Shown: piece after piece, positions 14,862 through 25,711 of the stretch
How positions within the stretch are numbered: the first letter of the stretch is position 1
Layout: each line of letters starts with the position of its first letter
Assembly: GCA_051294375.1 (NCBI GenBank)
Contig: CM119269.1
Span: 7,682,217 to 7,746,216 of the forward strand
DNA length: 64,000 nt
From: Paraspadella gotoi
Lineage: Eukaryota; Animalia; Chaetognatha
Direction of reading: 5' to 3'
Notes under the pieces: model-generated
Told to the model about the DNA's origin: nothing
What the model saw: only the letters and a program-made list of their open reading frames with translations
Databases searched by the model: none
Position numbers and translations under genes: made by a program

Positions 14862-14893
<32 letters not shown>
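14719..14893 (+). mobile_element. tRNA-derived (Arg-like) Pol III unit: SINE head or tRNA pseudogene followed by a poly(T) tract
   Basis: A-box-like TCGCTGGATGG (14726-14736) and perfect B-box GGTTCGAATCC (14773-14783) at tRNA spacing. ATGGACAGAG..GACTTCT resembles tRNA-Arg. The cloverleaf stems are broken, so it is not a functional tRNA. T5 run at 14834-14838 and long T tract at 14865-14893. Confidence 0.5.
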
Positions 14894-15040
14894 GAGGAAT
14901 ACGGATGGATCGCGGGTTTGTGGGGGGGGGCATTGGAAAGGCAACGGAGAAAAGTCAGTCTGGAAAATGCTATGAAACTTTTTTTATTCTACTTATTTGG
15001 AGCTTATGTTAAGACGAATGTAGACTGCTTTTCACAGTTC

Positions 15041-15820
15041 TTAACAAGTTTGAGCGAAACAATGTCGGATCTGCACCGACGATCATTATCGTAATTATAT
15101 TAATTAATTATATTTGTTTGATTGATTGTCTGATTACATTATTATGATTAATTAATTGACTAATTGATTAGGTAACTGATTAATTATTTTATTAATTAAT
15201 ACATCTTGCATTTACATTTTAATATAAAAAGAAAAAGAAGCATAATAAATTAGTGAAACAGGTTTTTTGTTTTTTTACATTTAAACTCATTTCCACTCAA
15301 ACGATTCCATCGAAACTTGATTTCCAGCTTAATCCCACACTTACATATAAAATTTCAGGTTATCGCCCCATCCACCTCAGGAGTTAATTGGTGTTCAAAT
15401 AGTGAAATTAATTTTTTTTTCTATTTAAACTCTTTTCCACTCAGACGATTCCATCGAAACTTTATATCCAGCTCAATCACACCACTCCCTACCCACACAC
15501 AACAATTTAATTCCAATCCCATCCATCCAATCACGAGTAATTGGGCTTTTTTGCTAAGGTGGGATGGACGGATGGACGACGGACAGAGAGAGACAGACAG
15601 ACAGATTGATAGACAGATGGACGGAGGACGGACGGATAAGGACATCTCTTTCTTCGTTTCTTTGTGATATAATTTATCATAATTTGATGTCTGATACATG
15701 ATTTACGGTTAATGCCTGACCAAGATTGGGGGGAGGGGTCGGACCAGACGGACTGACCAAAGTGAATGTTTTACTTAGAGTGTCAGGATCTGCTGATAAT
15801 ATAAGCAGATCCGACTAATA
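15041..15820. mobile_element. DINE-1/Helentron-associated (HINE)-like non-autonomous element
   Basis: TTAACAAG end. Subterminal IR GTCGGATCTGC (15064-15074) vs GCAGATCCGAC (15805-15815), the latter also part of a terminal hairpin (15782-15815). Two ~140-bp internal repeats (TTTAAACTC.TTTCCACTCA.ACGATTCCATCGAAACT) and a (GACA/GACG)n microsatellite at ~15565-15635. Confidence 0.7.
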
Positions 15821-16224
15821 AACAAGTACATTTCGAAATCTGAAGAAATTGTCAGCTGAGTTTAATCTACGATCGAAAACTGCCTGCAGAAAAACCTGTT
15901 ACAACTCAGAAAAAGTTTAAGCGAATGACTGCGAACAACTGTGTATATCTTTTATTTTTAGAATTTGAAGGAAGTCTGATTTAATTAGATACTTATTACT
16001 TATTACGAATTTCTCTATTCATCGGTTTCCCCCCAAAAAAATATATATATTTGAAAATTCAATAACAATCATATTTCAGTATTATACGGTATTCTATCGT
16101 CTGAACAAAAAAACCGTAATTACTACGTATTTAAATTTAAAAAAAAAAGGGAAAAAATTGTTTTCCCGCGTTTGCAAACTTTAGTTTAAATCCATTATTC
16201 GATATTCATTAAAATTTTGACGCG

Positions 16225-17946
16225 ATGTCTCGTCGGTCACGTAATCGAACTTCGACCGAAGCGCCGGGCATCACGTCGGCCCCTAATCCCAATGCCGAAT
16301 CGACTTCTCCAACGACATCGCTTCAAATCAGACTCTCTCGATTCGCTCGTTCGATCTTCGACTTTCATCTCTTCGTTCTCTTCACGATCGATCTCTGGGT
16401 CCCCAACCATCGTCGTCTCTTTCTTCAACCGTCTCGATCTCATTATCTCTTTATCGTCGGCCTCGTTCTCTCCCTCGCGACATCTAGCGAGACGGGAGAG
16501 AGAATCATGGACGCGTCCGCGAGCGCCTGGATCGCCTTGGTCGCCTTCCGGTTCAATCGAGCGATGGTCGCGCTGTGGCCAGAGGGCGCGCTCTCGTATC
16601 ACGTCGTTTTCGTCGTCCTTTCGGCGATGGGTTTAGACCAGACGCTGCAGCGTTCCTCGCCTCGTGTCAGACTGCTCAATCTTTTCTGTATTTCGGCATC
16701 TTTTTTTGTTGGCGCTTTTAAATTTACGCTTCCGTCCCTCATTTCCGATGTCCGAGCTCTACGAAACGGCCTAAATTTTCTTGGACTCGTCGTCCCGCTT
16801 GTCATCGTCTCCGTGGAAAAAGGGTATCGCGTTTCCTGGCGACATTTGGCCTGGGAAAGCTTCGAATCAAATTTGCGAGATTCTCTGACGAGGATTCCGA
16901 GACGCTTACGCCTTTTCTTGATTATCCGATTCTCCTGGCAAATGGCCGATCTTTTCTGGTGGACGGGCTTTAATCCCCAAAAGGGCTACGACCCCTGGCC
17001 CAACGGGAACCCCGTCGCGACCCTATTGGCGGCGTGGACGCAGAAATTGCCGAAGAACTCGCGCGATTTGTGTCGAAAGTCGTGGAAGTTTTTGAAGAGA
17101 GCGTCGAGGATGTGGAGCGATGTCGACGTGACCAGCAAATCGATGAAATCCGAGTTTCGTTTTTCTCCGTTTCGGATTCTCGTCGCGGTAACGAAGGATT
17201 CACCTCTGGCGTTGATGGGCGTGGCAGCGTGCGTCATCCTCTTGTCTTTTTACCTTCGAGACGTCTATCTCCGCCGAAAGGAACGAGCACGACAGCTTTG
17301 GTCAGAGAGGAATTCAAGAGAAGCGTATAGATTTAGAGAAGAGCAAGAAGGAAGGGAATTAGAAAGCGAGAGGCTTTTACTACGGAACCGAATCGATTCG
17401 ACCTCGCGGAGCTCCAGCGGGAGTTCCGCTCGTAGATCTGAGCCGCCGGGCCCGCTTTTGAAGAGCCGAGCAACGGGACTGAGGAGCCGACGTCGGCAGA
17501 GCGGAGCCGCGGAGAAGCTGAGCCCAACGATCAAAGCGGCGACGACGGAACAGTTGGCGAGTCTCACGAAAGATGACGTCTGCGTCGTTTGTCAAGAGGG
17601 CGTCGCCGATAGAAGCGGCGGAGTCAGCAGCGGTAGCAGCGGCAGCGGCGTCAGCTACGGCGTCGCCATCTCCATCTGCGTCACGACCTGCGATCACGTG
17701 TTCCACAGACTCTGTCTCAAACAGTGGGTCGACGAGAAAGAGACTTGCCCCGTCTGTCGCGAATTCGTCTCATTTCGTCAAGCTGCTGCGCCTGTCGCGG
17801 CGGTTGCTGCGGCTCTGAACACGCTGCCGCTGCAGCCGCTGGTTCTGCCGGCCGGGCGCGACGGAGAAACGCTGATGATTCGATTTGGGCCAACCGGGCT
17901 GCAAGTGGTGGCCAGACGAACTGATGGTGGGGGGATAAGTAGATGA
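16225..17946 (+). CDS. Intronless multi-pass membrane RING-H2 E3 ubiquitin ligase, TRC8/RNF139-RNF145-like (573 aa)
   Basis: Clean GC-rich 573-aa ORF with several hydrophobic TM-like segments. C-terminal C3H2C3 RING (CVVC-x32-CDHVFHRLCLKQWVDEKETCPVC, 17581-17757) is preceded by AATTEQL, as in RNF145/TRC8 (ATxEQL..DxCAIC). RIPRRLRLFLIIRF and SPLALMG resemble TRC8_N motifs. Confidence 0.88.
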   Translation: MSRRSRNRTSTEAPGITSAPNPNAESTSPTTSLQIRLSRFARSIFDFHLFVLFTIDLWVPNHRRLFLQPSRSHYLFIVGLVLSLATSSETGERIMDASASAWIALVAFRFNRAMVALWPEGALSYHVVFVVLSAMGLDQTLQRSSPRVRLLNLFCISASFFVGAFKFTLPSLISDVRALRNGLNFLGLVVPLVIVSVEKGYRVSWRHLAWESFESNLRDSLTRIPRRLRLFLIIRFSWQMADLFWWTGFNPQKGYDPWPNGNPVATLLAAWTQKLPKNSRDLCRKSWKFLKRASRMWSDVDVTSKSMKSEFRFSPFRILVAVTKDSPLALMGVAACVILLSFYLRDVYLRRKERARQLWSERNSREAYRFREEQEGRELESERLLLRNRIDSTSRSSSGSSARRSEPPGPLLKSRATGLRSRRRQSGAAEKLSPTIKAATTEQLASLTKDDVCVVCQEGVADRSGGVSSGSSGSGVSYGVAISICVTTCDHVFHRLCLKQWVDEKETCPVCREFVSFRQAAAPVAAVAAALNTLPLQPLVLPAGRDGETLMIRFGPTGLQVVARRTDGGGISR

Positions 17947-18534
17947 GGGGGATCCAAGTCGATATTGTTGTTGTTGTCGACGTCGTCGTTTTTATCTATT
18001 GCCATGCTAAGCTGGGCGCCTTCAGGCAGGTAAAATTAATGACTGCTTTCGCTGCAATGAAAGTCAAGACGATTTTTGCCATTTAGCACTCGCGCTTATA
18101 AATATAAAATCGCTAGTAATTTTACAAGACCTACTTATGAAGGTGTGCTTAAATAACTGCTTTGGAAATATAATTAAAATATCGATAAATAAACCGTCAA
18201 TTTTTTTGCTACGTCGCGATTAAATCGAAAGTGACAAGATAGCAGACGAAATGAAAAAAGAAAAGGGAATTTGAAGAAAAACATTTAAAGAGAGAGCTTT
18301 TTCAACATCGTTTTAAATAAAAAGCAAATAAAAAACTATAGGTGGTTTCAGAAAGAATACGACCCGAAGAAGAGTTATTGTAAAAGCAACAGGAAACAGT
18401 CAGAGAAAATCCCGAGGAAACCTATGAAACCGGACCTAGACTTGTCTCAAAAAACAGGTCTCAGCTTAAGGTCAGAATTAACAGTCAAATCATTAACAAG
18501 AAAAAGCGGTAAAGAAAAAAAAGTGACGACTGCG

Positions 18535-18606
<72 letters not shown>

Positions 18607-18983
18607 TCTTCTTCTTTTAATTACAAGCTTACATCTGATTGAACTGTTTATTCCCTTACTGGCTTCCAGGCAAATGCTTTATATAGGACTCGAAATCTTG
18701 TTTTGTTCCATAAGATAATGTTAAATGTTATAATACATATTACCTATTGTCGTTCAACGTGATAAAAGTTTTGTTTACTTACTGTATACTATACACTGTA
18801 TATATTACTGTATACACTGTATATAATACAGTGTAAAGTGTATAGTTAATAGTCATGAAGAAATGATAAATGAGACCGACGATACTAAAACAGAAGAGAC
18901 GAAAATAAAAATGAAAAAAATAAAAATAGAACAACTAAATTAATATAAACAAATAAATAAATAAATAAAATAAATAAATAGCA

Positions 18984-20783
18984 ATGGAGCTCATAAACTT
19001 CCTTCTTCAAGCGACGTTGACTCTTGTCTTTCTCCTCTTCTCTTTCTTCCTCCTCGATCTCATCCGTCGACAACGAAGTTTCGATCTCAAAGTCCAACGC
19101 GTCCTCTCGTCGTCACGTGACCGACTCACACGACCTCTGGAGGCGATGGAAGCCTTCCACGCAGTCACGCAGCATCTCGCCGGCTCCTTGATCTCCGTCG
19201 CCTTTTTCGTCGAGAGCCGCGCGCCGCTGCAGGATGCTGCGTTGAGGGCAGCGCTGTGCCGCGTCGCTGCGGCGCAGCCGATGCTGCGGATGCGGATCCG
19301 CAGCGTCGGCGGCGGCGACGGCCTCGACAGCGTTTTGTTGTATTTCGAAGAGATGGAAACGTTTTCCTTAGACTTGGAGGTTCTGGACACAGACGACTGG
19401 AGATCGTCGATGGAGGATGATCTTTCGAAACCTTTCAACGAGACCTCGGGTCCGCTGTGGAGGGTGAAGCTGCTCAAAGGCTCCGTCGACAGCTGCAGCG
19501 ACGGTGACGGCGGAGCAACCCATCGTCGTGTAATTCTCTTCACTTTCCTTCACTCCATCGGTGACGGCAAATCAGTGATGGCGTTGGGTGATCGACTCAT
19601 GGACGAATTGAGCGGCGAAAACCTCGATAGATGGCGAACGCAATTCGACGATCAACTGGCGCCCTCTTACGTGGAAGTTCTCGGCGAAAAGTTAATAGGA
19701 ATATCTCCTCTCGAGAAGATGATGCTGCATCTCCGGTTGCTATGGAGACGAGCGTTCGGTGCGACGCCGCGAGTTGCCACCTGCTCCTTCGCTTCTTTAA
19801 CCGCGACCCCTGAAATGACGCCGGCGACGCCGATCGATAGGCGTTCGATAATCATCCCCATCGAATTGAGCGCCGCCCATCTGGACGAGCTGCTTCGCCG
19901 CTGCCGCCTTCACGGCTGTAAGCTGCACGGGACGCTTCAGGCGGTGGTGAGCCTGGCGCAGCTGGCGGCTCTGCGGCGGCTGAAAGCGGCCGACTCGACG
20001 CTGCCGGATTCCGTGGAGATTTTAAACTCTTACGCAGAGTCGGCGCGAGAGTTCGTGACTCCGTCTTGGCCGGATTCAATTCTCTCTTACTGCGCTTCGA
20101 TGAGATACATGAGTAGGAGACTGGATTCGAACCCCGAGACCCTCGAGCGAACCTTTTGGACTTTTGCCAAATCCATGAGTGACGAGGTTCATCGCCGGAA
20201 GCTCGAATGTCCCGTGGAATCCTCCGTGAGAGAAGCCGAGTTTGTTTATCGAATCTTTCCTCGTCTCTGGTTGGAAAGAATCGGACGAATGACGACGGAG
20301 AATTTTCGACGAGAGGATTTCAATGTAGATTATTTCATGTCCAATTATGGAAAGTTTTTAGACGACGACTCCGACCGACGCCGAATCAACGAGGGCTCCG
20401 GGCGACGACGGGATAAAGATGACGCCGATTATCAACTGTTCCACGAAGCAGACACTGGAAAGGGTCGCGCCAATCAAAGACATTTTGAAGATAATTCAAC
20501 TCGACGCCGATTCGAAAATGACGCCGATATCCAATCGACCGTCGACGCCGACAAACGACGCCGCTTCGACATTAGCGCCGCCTACTCGGCGCCCAACTTT
20601 TGGGTCTCCGACACGTGCTTCTCCCACGTGATCCTCTCCGTCCGCGGGCGACTCTTCTGGACGATCAACTTCTCCGAGGGAGCAGTGTCACGTGACCAGG
20701 GAGAGATCTACGCGGAATGCGTGGAGGAGGCGTTGCGGAAGGTGGCCGTGGGGGGGGGGGTTGAGAGCATGACTCTCAGATGA
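18984..20783 (+). CDS. Intronless CoA-dependent acyltransferase (alcohol acetyltransferase / PapA5 / condensation-domain-like), N-terminal signal anchor (599 aa)
   Basis: Clean 599-aa ORF. It shows an N-terminal hydrophobic helix, RPLxxxE, QPMLRMRI, FNETSGPLWRVKLL, the catalytic HSIGDG (HxxxDG, 19551-19568), LLRRCRLHG, FWTFAK and SNYG, in the motif order of the chloramphenicol-acetyltransferase-like AATase/condensation fold. Confidence 0.88.
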   Translation: MELINFLLQATLTLVFLLFSFFLLDLIRRQRSFDLKVQRVLSSSRDRLTRPLEAMEAFHAVTQHLAGSLISVAFFVESRAPLQDAALRAALCRVAAAQPMLRMRIRSVGGGDGLDSVLLYFEEMETFSLDLEVLDTDDWRSSMEDDLSKPFNETSGPLWRVKLLKGSVDSCSDGDGGATHRRVILFTFLHSIGDGKSVMALGDRLMDELSGENLDRWRTQFDDQLAPSYVEVLGEKLIGISPLEKMMLHLRLLWRRAFGATPRVATCSFASLTATPEMTPATPIDRRSIIIPIELSAAHLDELLRRCRLHGCKLHGTLQAVVSLAQLAALRRLKAADSTLPDSVEILNSYAESAREFVTPSWPDSILSYCASMRYMSRRLDSNPETLERTFWTFAKSMSDEVHRRKLECPVESSVREAEFVYRIFPRLWLERIGRMTTENFRREDFNVDYFMSNYGKFLDDDSDRRRINEGSGRRRDKDDADYQLFHEADTGKGRANQRHFEDNSTRRRFENDADIQSTVDADKRRRFDISAAYSAPNFWVSDTCFSHVILSVRGRLFWTINFSEGAVSRDQGEIYAECVEEALRKVAVGGGVESMTLR

Positions 20784-20820
20784 TTTCGATTTAAAAAATG
20801 TTTTGATATAGAAATTTATT

Positions 20821-20874
20821 TAAATCTTCTTGTAAATCTTCTTGTAAATCTTCTTGTAAATCTTCTTGTAAATC
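20821..20874. repeat. 12-bp tandem repeat (TAAATCTTCTTG)n just 3' of the acyltransferase stop
   Basis: About 4.5 exact units. Confidence 0.9.
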
Positions 20875-23795
20875 ATGATGTCACGGTCATAAAGTGTTAT
20901 CAATAATTACGTTGTATCAACTAAATCCGTGGCTCGATTTAACCTATGAACTACATACTTAAAAACATATAACTATATCCCGGGAGCCGGTGGCAGCGCC
21001 GTCGCTGTGTCTGCTCGGCAACAGGAGTTGCAGCAGCGCCGCAGCGTTCTAGCGGCAGCAGGGTTAAGGACCGCAGCCTCGATTTCGTCGGCGTCGACGT
21101 CATTGACGAGGGGAAAAAAATTCGCCGCCGCCCACGTCGTAATGGGAGAAGAGAGGCGGTGAGGGGAGTAGAGGGGGGGAAAGAAAGGAAAAAGAGGCTT
21201 AAAGAAAGGATAAGAGAAAGAGAGAGATAGGGAAAAGAGAGGGTGAAAGAGAGGCTAAAAGAGGGTGATTAATAGGGAAGAGAAAGAAAAAAAGGGAAGA
21301 AAAGTAGAGACGAAAGTATCCAAAAAAAAAGATGAAAAAAAGAAAATAGCCAAAAAAGGGTTTAGTGATTAAAGGAGGAGGAAAGAAAGAGATAAAAAGG
21401 AAAGAAAGAAAGAAAAATGGGATCGATTGGACACACATAAAATAGGGTAGGAAAAGAAAAGGGGGCCCCCTAAATATATACGAAAGGAAAAGAGGCAAAA
21501 GTTATTGGTTTTGTGGCAAGAGAAGAAGACGTGAAAAAAGAGAAGAAAATAGAAGAGAAGAGAAGAGATGAGAAGAGAGGCGGTTATGACTTTGCAAAGA
21601 TGATCATGACCGAAAATGAGAGTCATCGTCCGCGCAAAAAAAGCAGAAAAAAGCAGAAAAAAAAGGGGAAAAAATGGAAAAGATTAACGAGGAGCAGTTA
21701 CAAAAAAATGGAACGAGAACGATTAATCCGGATTCAACTTTTTTGAGAAAAAAAAATCTTAAAAAGTTCTAATCTATTTTTCCCTTTTCTAAAATCGTAG
21801 ATGGAGAACGAGACAAAGTCAATCAATCTTCGGTTAGCAATCTTTACTATGAATAAATTGTTTTTTTTTTAAATTTACGTAGTTCTTCATCTTTAAAGAG
21901 ATAATAAAATGACAAAATTATTAAACATTGTTTAATTTATTATTAATTAATATCATTATCATCCACTGCTTAGCAACTAGAAATTACATATTCTTTAAAA
22001 GAAAATCCTTAATAAAGTCGGACGAAGTGACTGGAAGATATCCCAGCCAATGAGATTCTCTGATCCCAAGACTCTCGTCTGAAAAGACTCCATTGAATCC
22101 AAAACCGGACCTCAGGGTTTTGCCTTTTTCCACCGGCGATTAAATTACTCATTAAATCCGAGATTCTTCTTCGTTATATACGGTTCGTAAACTTCGTTTA
22201 AACGAAGAGGGATGCGTGAAGTTTGACAAGAAAAAAAAAAGATTATTGGTCAAAAGAGAGGAGAGATCGTAACCAAACTTTAATATCAATCATGAATACG
22301 ATGTTCTTATAAAATAGGACCTCGTACGCGTAACGTCATAATTTTGGCGTCAATTTCCAAAAACGCCCAAGTTCTGTTCCTTATCCCCGAACTTTATTTT
22401 ATCCCGAATATTCAACGAATAGAAAGCAAAGTCCGTTTTCGCCATCGCATCTTCTAGACCGTGATTGGCCAAATCGCCTTAATTCGCTGAGGACATTGAC
22501 AATTCTACCGGNNNNNNNNNNNNNNNNNNNNNNNNNNNNNNNNNNNNNNNNNNNNNNNNNNNNNNNNNNNNNNNNNNNNNNNNNNNNNNNNNNNNNNNNN
22601 NNNNNNNNNNNNNNNNNNNNNNNNNNNNNNNNNNNNNNNNNNNNNNNNNNNNNNNNNNNNNNNNNNNNNNNNNNNNNNNNNNNNNNNNNNNNNNNNNNNN
22701 NNNNNNNNNNNNNNNNNNNNNNNNNNNNNNNNNNNNNNNNNNNNNNNNNNNNNNNNNNNNNNNNNNNNNNNNNNNNNNNNNNNNNNNNNNNNNNNNNNNN
22801 NNNNNNNNNNNNNNNNNNNNNNNNNNNNNNNNNNNNNNNNNNNNNNNNNNNNNNNNNNNNNNNNNNNNNNNNNNNNNNNNNNNNNNNNNNNNNNNNNNNN
22901 NNNNNNNNNNNNNNNNNNNNNNNNNNNNNNNNNNNNNNNNNNNNNNNNNNNNNNNNNNNNNNNNNNNNNNNNNNNNNNNNNNNNNNNNNNNNNNNNNNNN
23001 NNNNNNNNNNNNNNNNNNNNNNNNNNNNNNNNNNNNNNNNNNNNNNNNNNNNNNNNNNNNNNNNNNNNNNNNNNNNNNNNNNNNNNNNNNNNNNNNNNNN
23101 NNNNNNNNNNNNNNNNNNNNNNNNNNNNNNNNNNTGGGGACTGGTTTGTGGAAATGACTGGGGTTTGGGGACTGGTTTGGGGAATTGGGTGGGGATTGCG
23201 GACTGGTTTGGGGAAGCGAGTGGGGATTGGGGTAGAGGATAATGTGAATAAAGTTGTCTCGGAGGATGTCGCTCAACGAGATGAGGAAGAGTGGAAGGGT
23301 TAAGGAATGATATCACAATTACTAAGGACTTCAAACGATATTAAATCTCTTTATCTGTTAAATAATTTAATTTTTTTAATAATATATAATAATAAGGACT
23401 TCAAACGATAGTAAAACTCTTAATCAGTTATAGAATTTAATATTTTTAATAATATTTATCCTGATTTGTGGCTCATAATCCCATCAAAAATTCTCATTTA
23501 GAAATTAATGTTTAATTTGGTAACTCTCCTTTAAAGTAAGGTTCTCTTTGAAAGTAAAAATTTTACTTTACCAGAAGTTTACTGTGTGAATACAAAGTTA
23601 ACAAACTTAATTTTCCAAAGTTAATTTTACATTCAATAATTAATTTCTATATATTGTTAAAGCATCCTTCTCGTTCTAGTAATTTTTTATAAGAAAAATT
23701 TCAAGAACAAAAAAGTGTTCGCTCCAGATAAAAAAACTCCACAGAGTAAAAAATTTTGAACCACAGACCGATGCAAACGACTTTCTATCGCCTCC

Positions 23796-23861
<66 letters not shown>

Positions 23862-23889
23862 TTGACTCGTCTTCCCTCTTCACTTCCGG

Positions 23890-23951
23890 TTCCTTTCTTT
23901 CTTTCCTTTTTTCTTGCCTTTTTTCTTTCTTTCTTTCTTTCTTGCCTTTTT

Positions 23952-24035
<84 letters not shown>

Positions 24036-24037
24036 TC
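23890..24037. repeat. (CTTT)n microsatellite
   Basis: Direct inspection; a similar tract lies at 29170-29240. Confidence 0.9.
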
Positions 24038-25711
24038 CATTGCTGTGTCTGTCTTTCTCTCTGTCTCACTTGAGAAGGACGATTTTTTTGAGCAAATCGT
24101 CTGGTTTAAAAAAACGGCTGAGGCCCAAACAGTTTTTTTGGGTTTTTTTTTTTTGACTAATGATAAAATGATTCTTGAATGATGTTACAAGCAAAGGACT
24201 CTCATCTTACGAGATGGTTCGCAAGCTTGTGAGAAAAGCTTGGAGGGGAGAAAGCTTTTCGACAACGACCTCCAAATTGTTTTCCGCGGGAAAAAAAAAT
24301 GCCGAAGAAACACGAAAAAGTTTGTTCGTTGTCATAACTCCAAAACAAAACAAAAATAAAAGATTACCTTAGGCTCTTGGTTTTTTTGTTTTTTAAATTT
24401 CTTTTTCTCAAATTTATTGCTAGTTAAAATGAGTACAACTGCAAGTAAAAGTTAATGATTATAGGAAAAACGTTGAAAATGGCGCCTGTTTCATTTATTT
24501 CAACTTCTCTTGAAAAATTCTCCACCTACTTTTTAAATATTCGTTGTCTTTCCTTTATTCGGTCCGCCGATCTTTATTTTTCCGCCGGCGACCTTAAATT
24601 TCAATCCTGCGTTTTACTTTTCATTCCTCAATCCAACTTCTAATGTAACTATACTATATATAATAAAAGTTTGATACGATATATTATTTACAGCTATAAT
24701 TTAATAGACCATCATTTCCACCCTTCATCTGTCCTCTTTAGTCCTACCAATTTATACCTCCATCCTTAAGATGTTTCTTACTCCACTCTCATCTACCTCT
24801 CCCCTCTCTTTTACTCATACCCCCCCCCTCCCTCTGTTCTCCTCTTCTTCTCCCTCTACGTTTTCACCTCTTACCCCCTCCCTCCCTCTGTCTTTCTCCT
24901 CTTTACATACTTCTCCTTCCTCTTATATTACACTCATACCCACACTCCGCTCCCTCTTATTCTACCTCTATCTTCCCTCTCTTTTCACTCTACCTCCTCC
25001 CTCCCTCCTTTTCCTCTTCGTCTCCCCTCTCTTATTTACTCTACCCCCTCCCTCCTCTATTCCTCTCTCTTACTTCCCTCTTCCGCTCACCCTCCCCCAC
25101 CCCGCTACTACCCCTTTCTCCCGCTTCCCCCATCCCTTCGCCAACCATCAAACCGTGGTTTCCTCGTATCCACACCGCAGGAGATGCGCGGGTCAATGCG
25201 ATTAAATCTCTCTCACTTTTTNNNNNNNNNNNNNNNNNNNNNNNNNNNNNNNNNNNNNNNNNNNNNNNNNNNNNNNNNNNNNNNNNNNNNNNNNNNNNNN
25301 NNNNNNNNNNNNNNNNNNNNNNNNNNNNNNNNNNNNNNNNNNNNNNNNNAAATAAATAAATAAATAAATAAAGTTATAAAAATATAATCGGAGAAAAGAT
25401 AGTAATTTACTTAGCTACATCTCTCTAAAATATATTAATTGACGACACGTACAATGTACAATTACAAAAATAACAAAATAAATTTTAACTTTTGCACGAT
25501 TTTGGCGCATTTAGATAAAACTGTGACCTATTGACGGACGGACGTACAGACAGAGACACAGACAGAGAGCGAGACGGAAAAAAGGAACATCTCGCCTCAA
25601 TTTCTACCTTTAAAAAAATAAAAAAAAATCAATGTTTCTTGAAAAAAAAGAAAATGGGATTCGAACGACGTAGACTCGATTTCCTTTTTTGGAAAAGGAA
25701 AAGGAAGACGA

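Noticed and set aside
16161-16170. E2F-like TTTTCCCGCG upstream of the RING gene
   Set aside because: The same short motif recurs elsewhere in the window (e.g. 60421, 60742), so it is not discriminating.
20938-21067. piggyBac-like TTAA..GGGTTAA element
   Set aside because: No convincing TIR match between the two ends.
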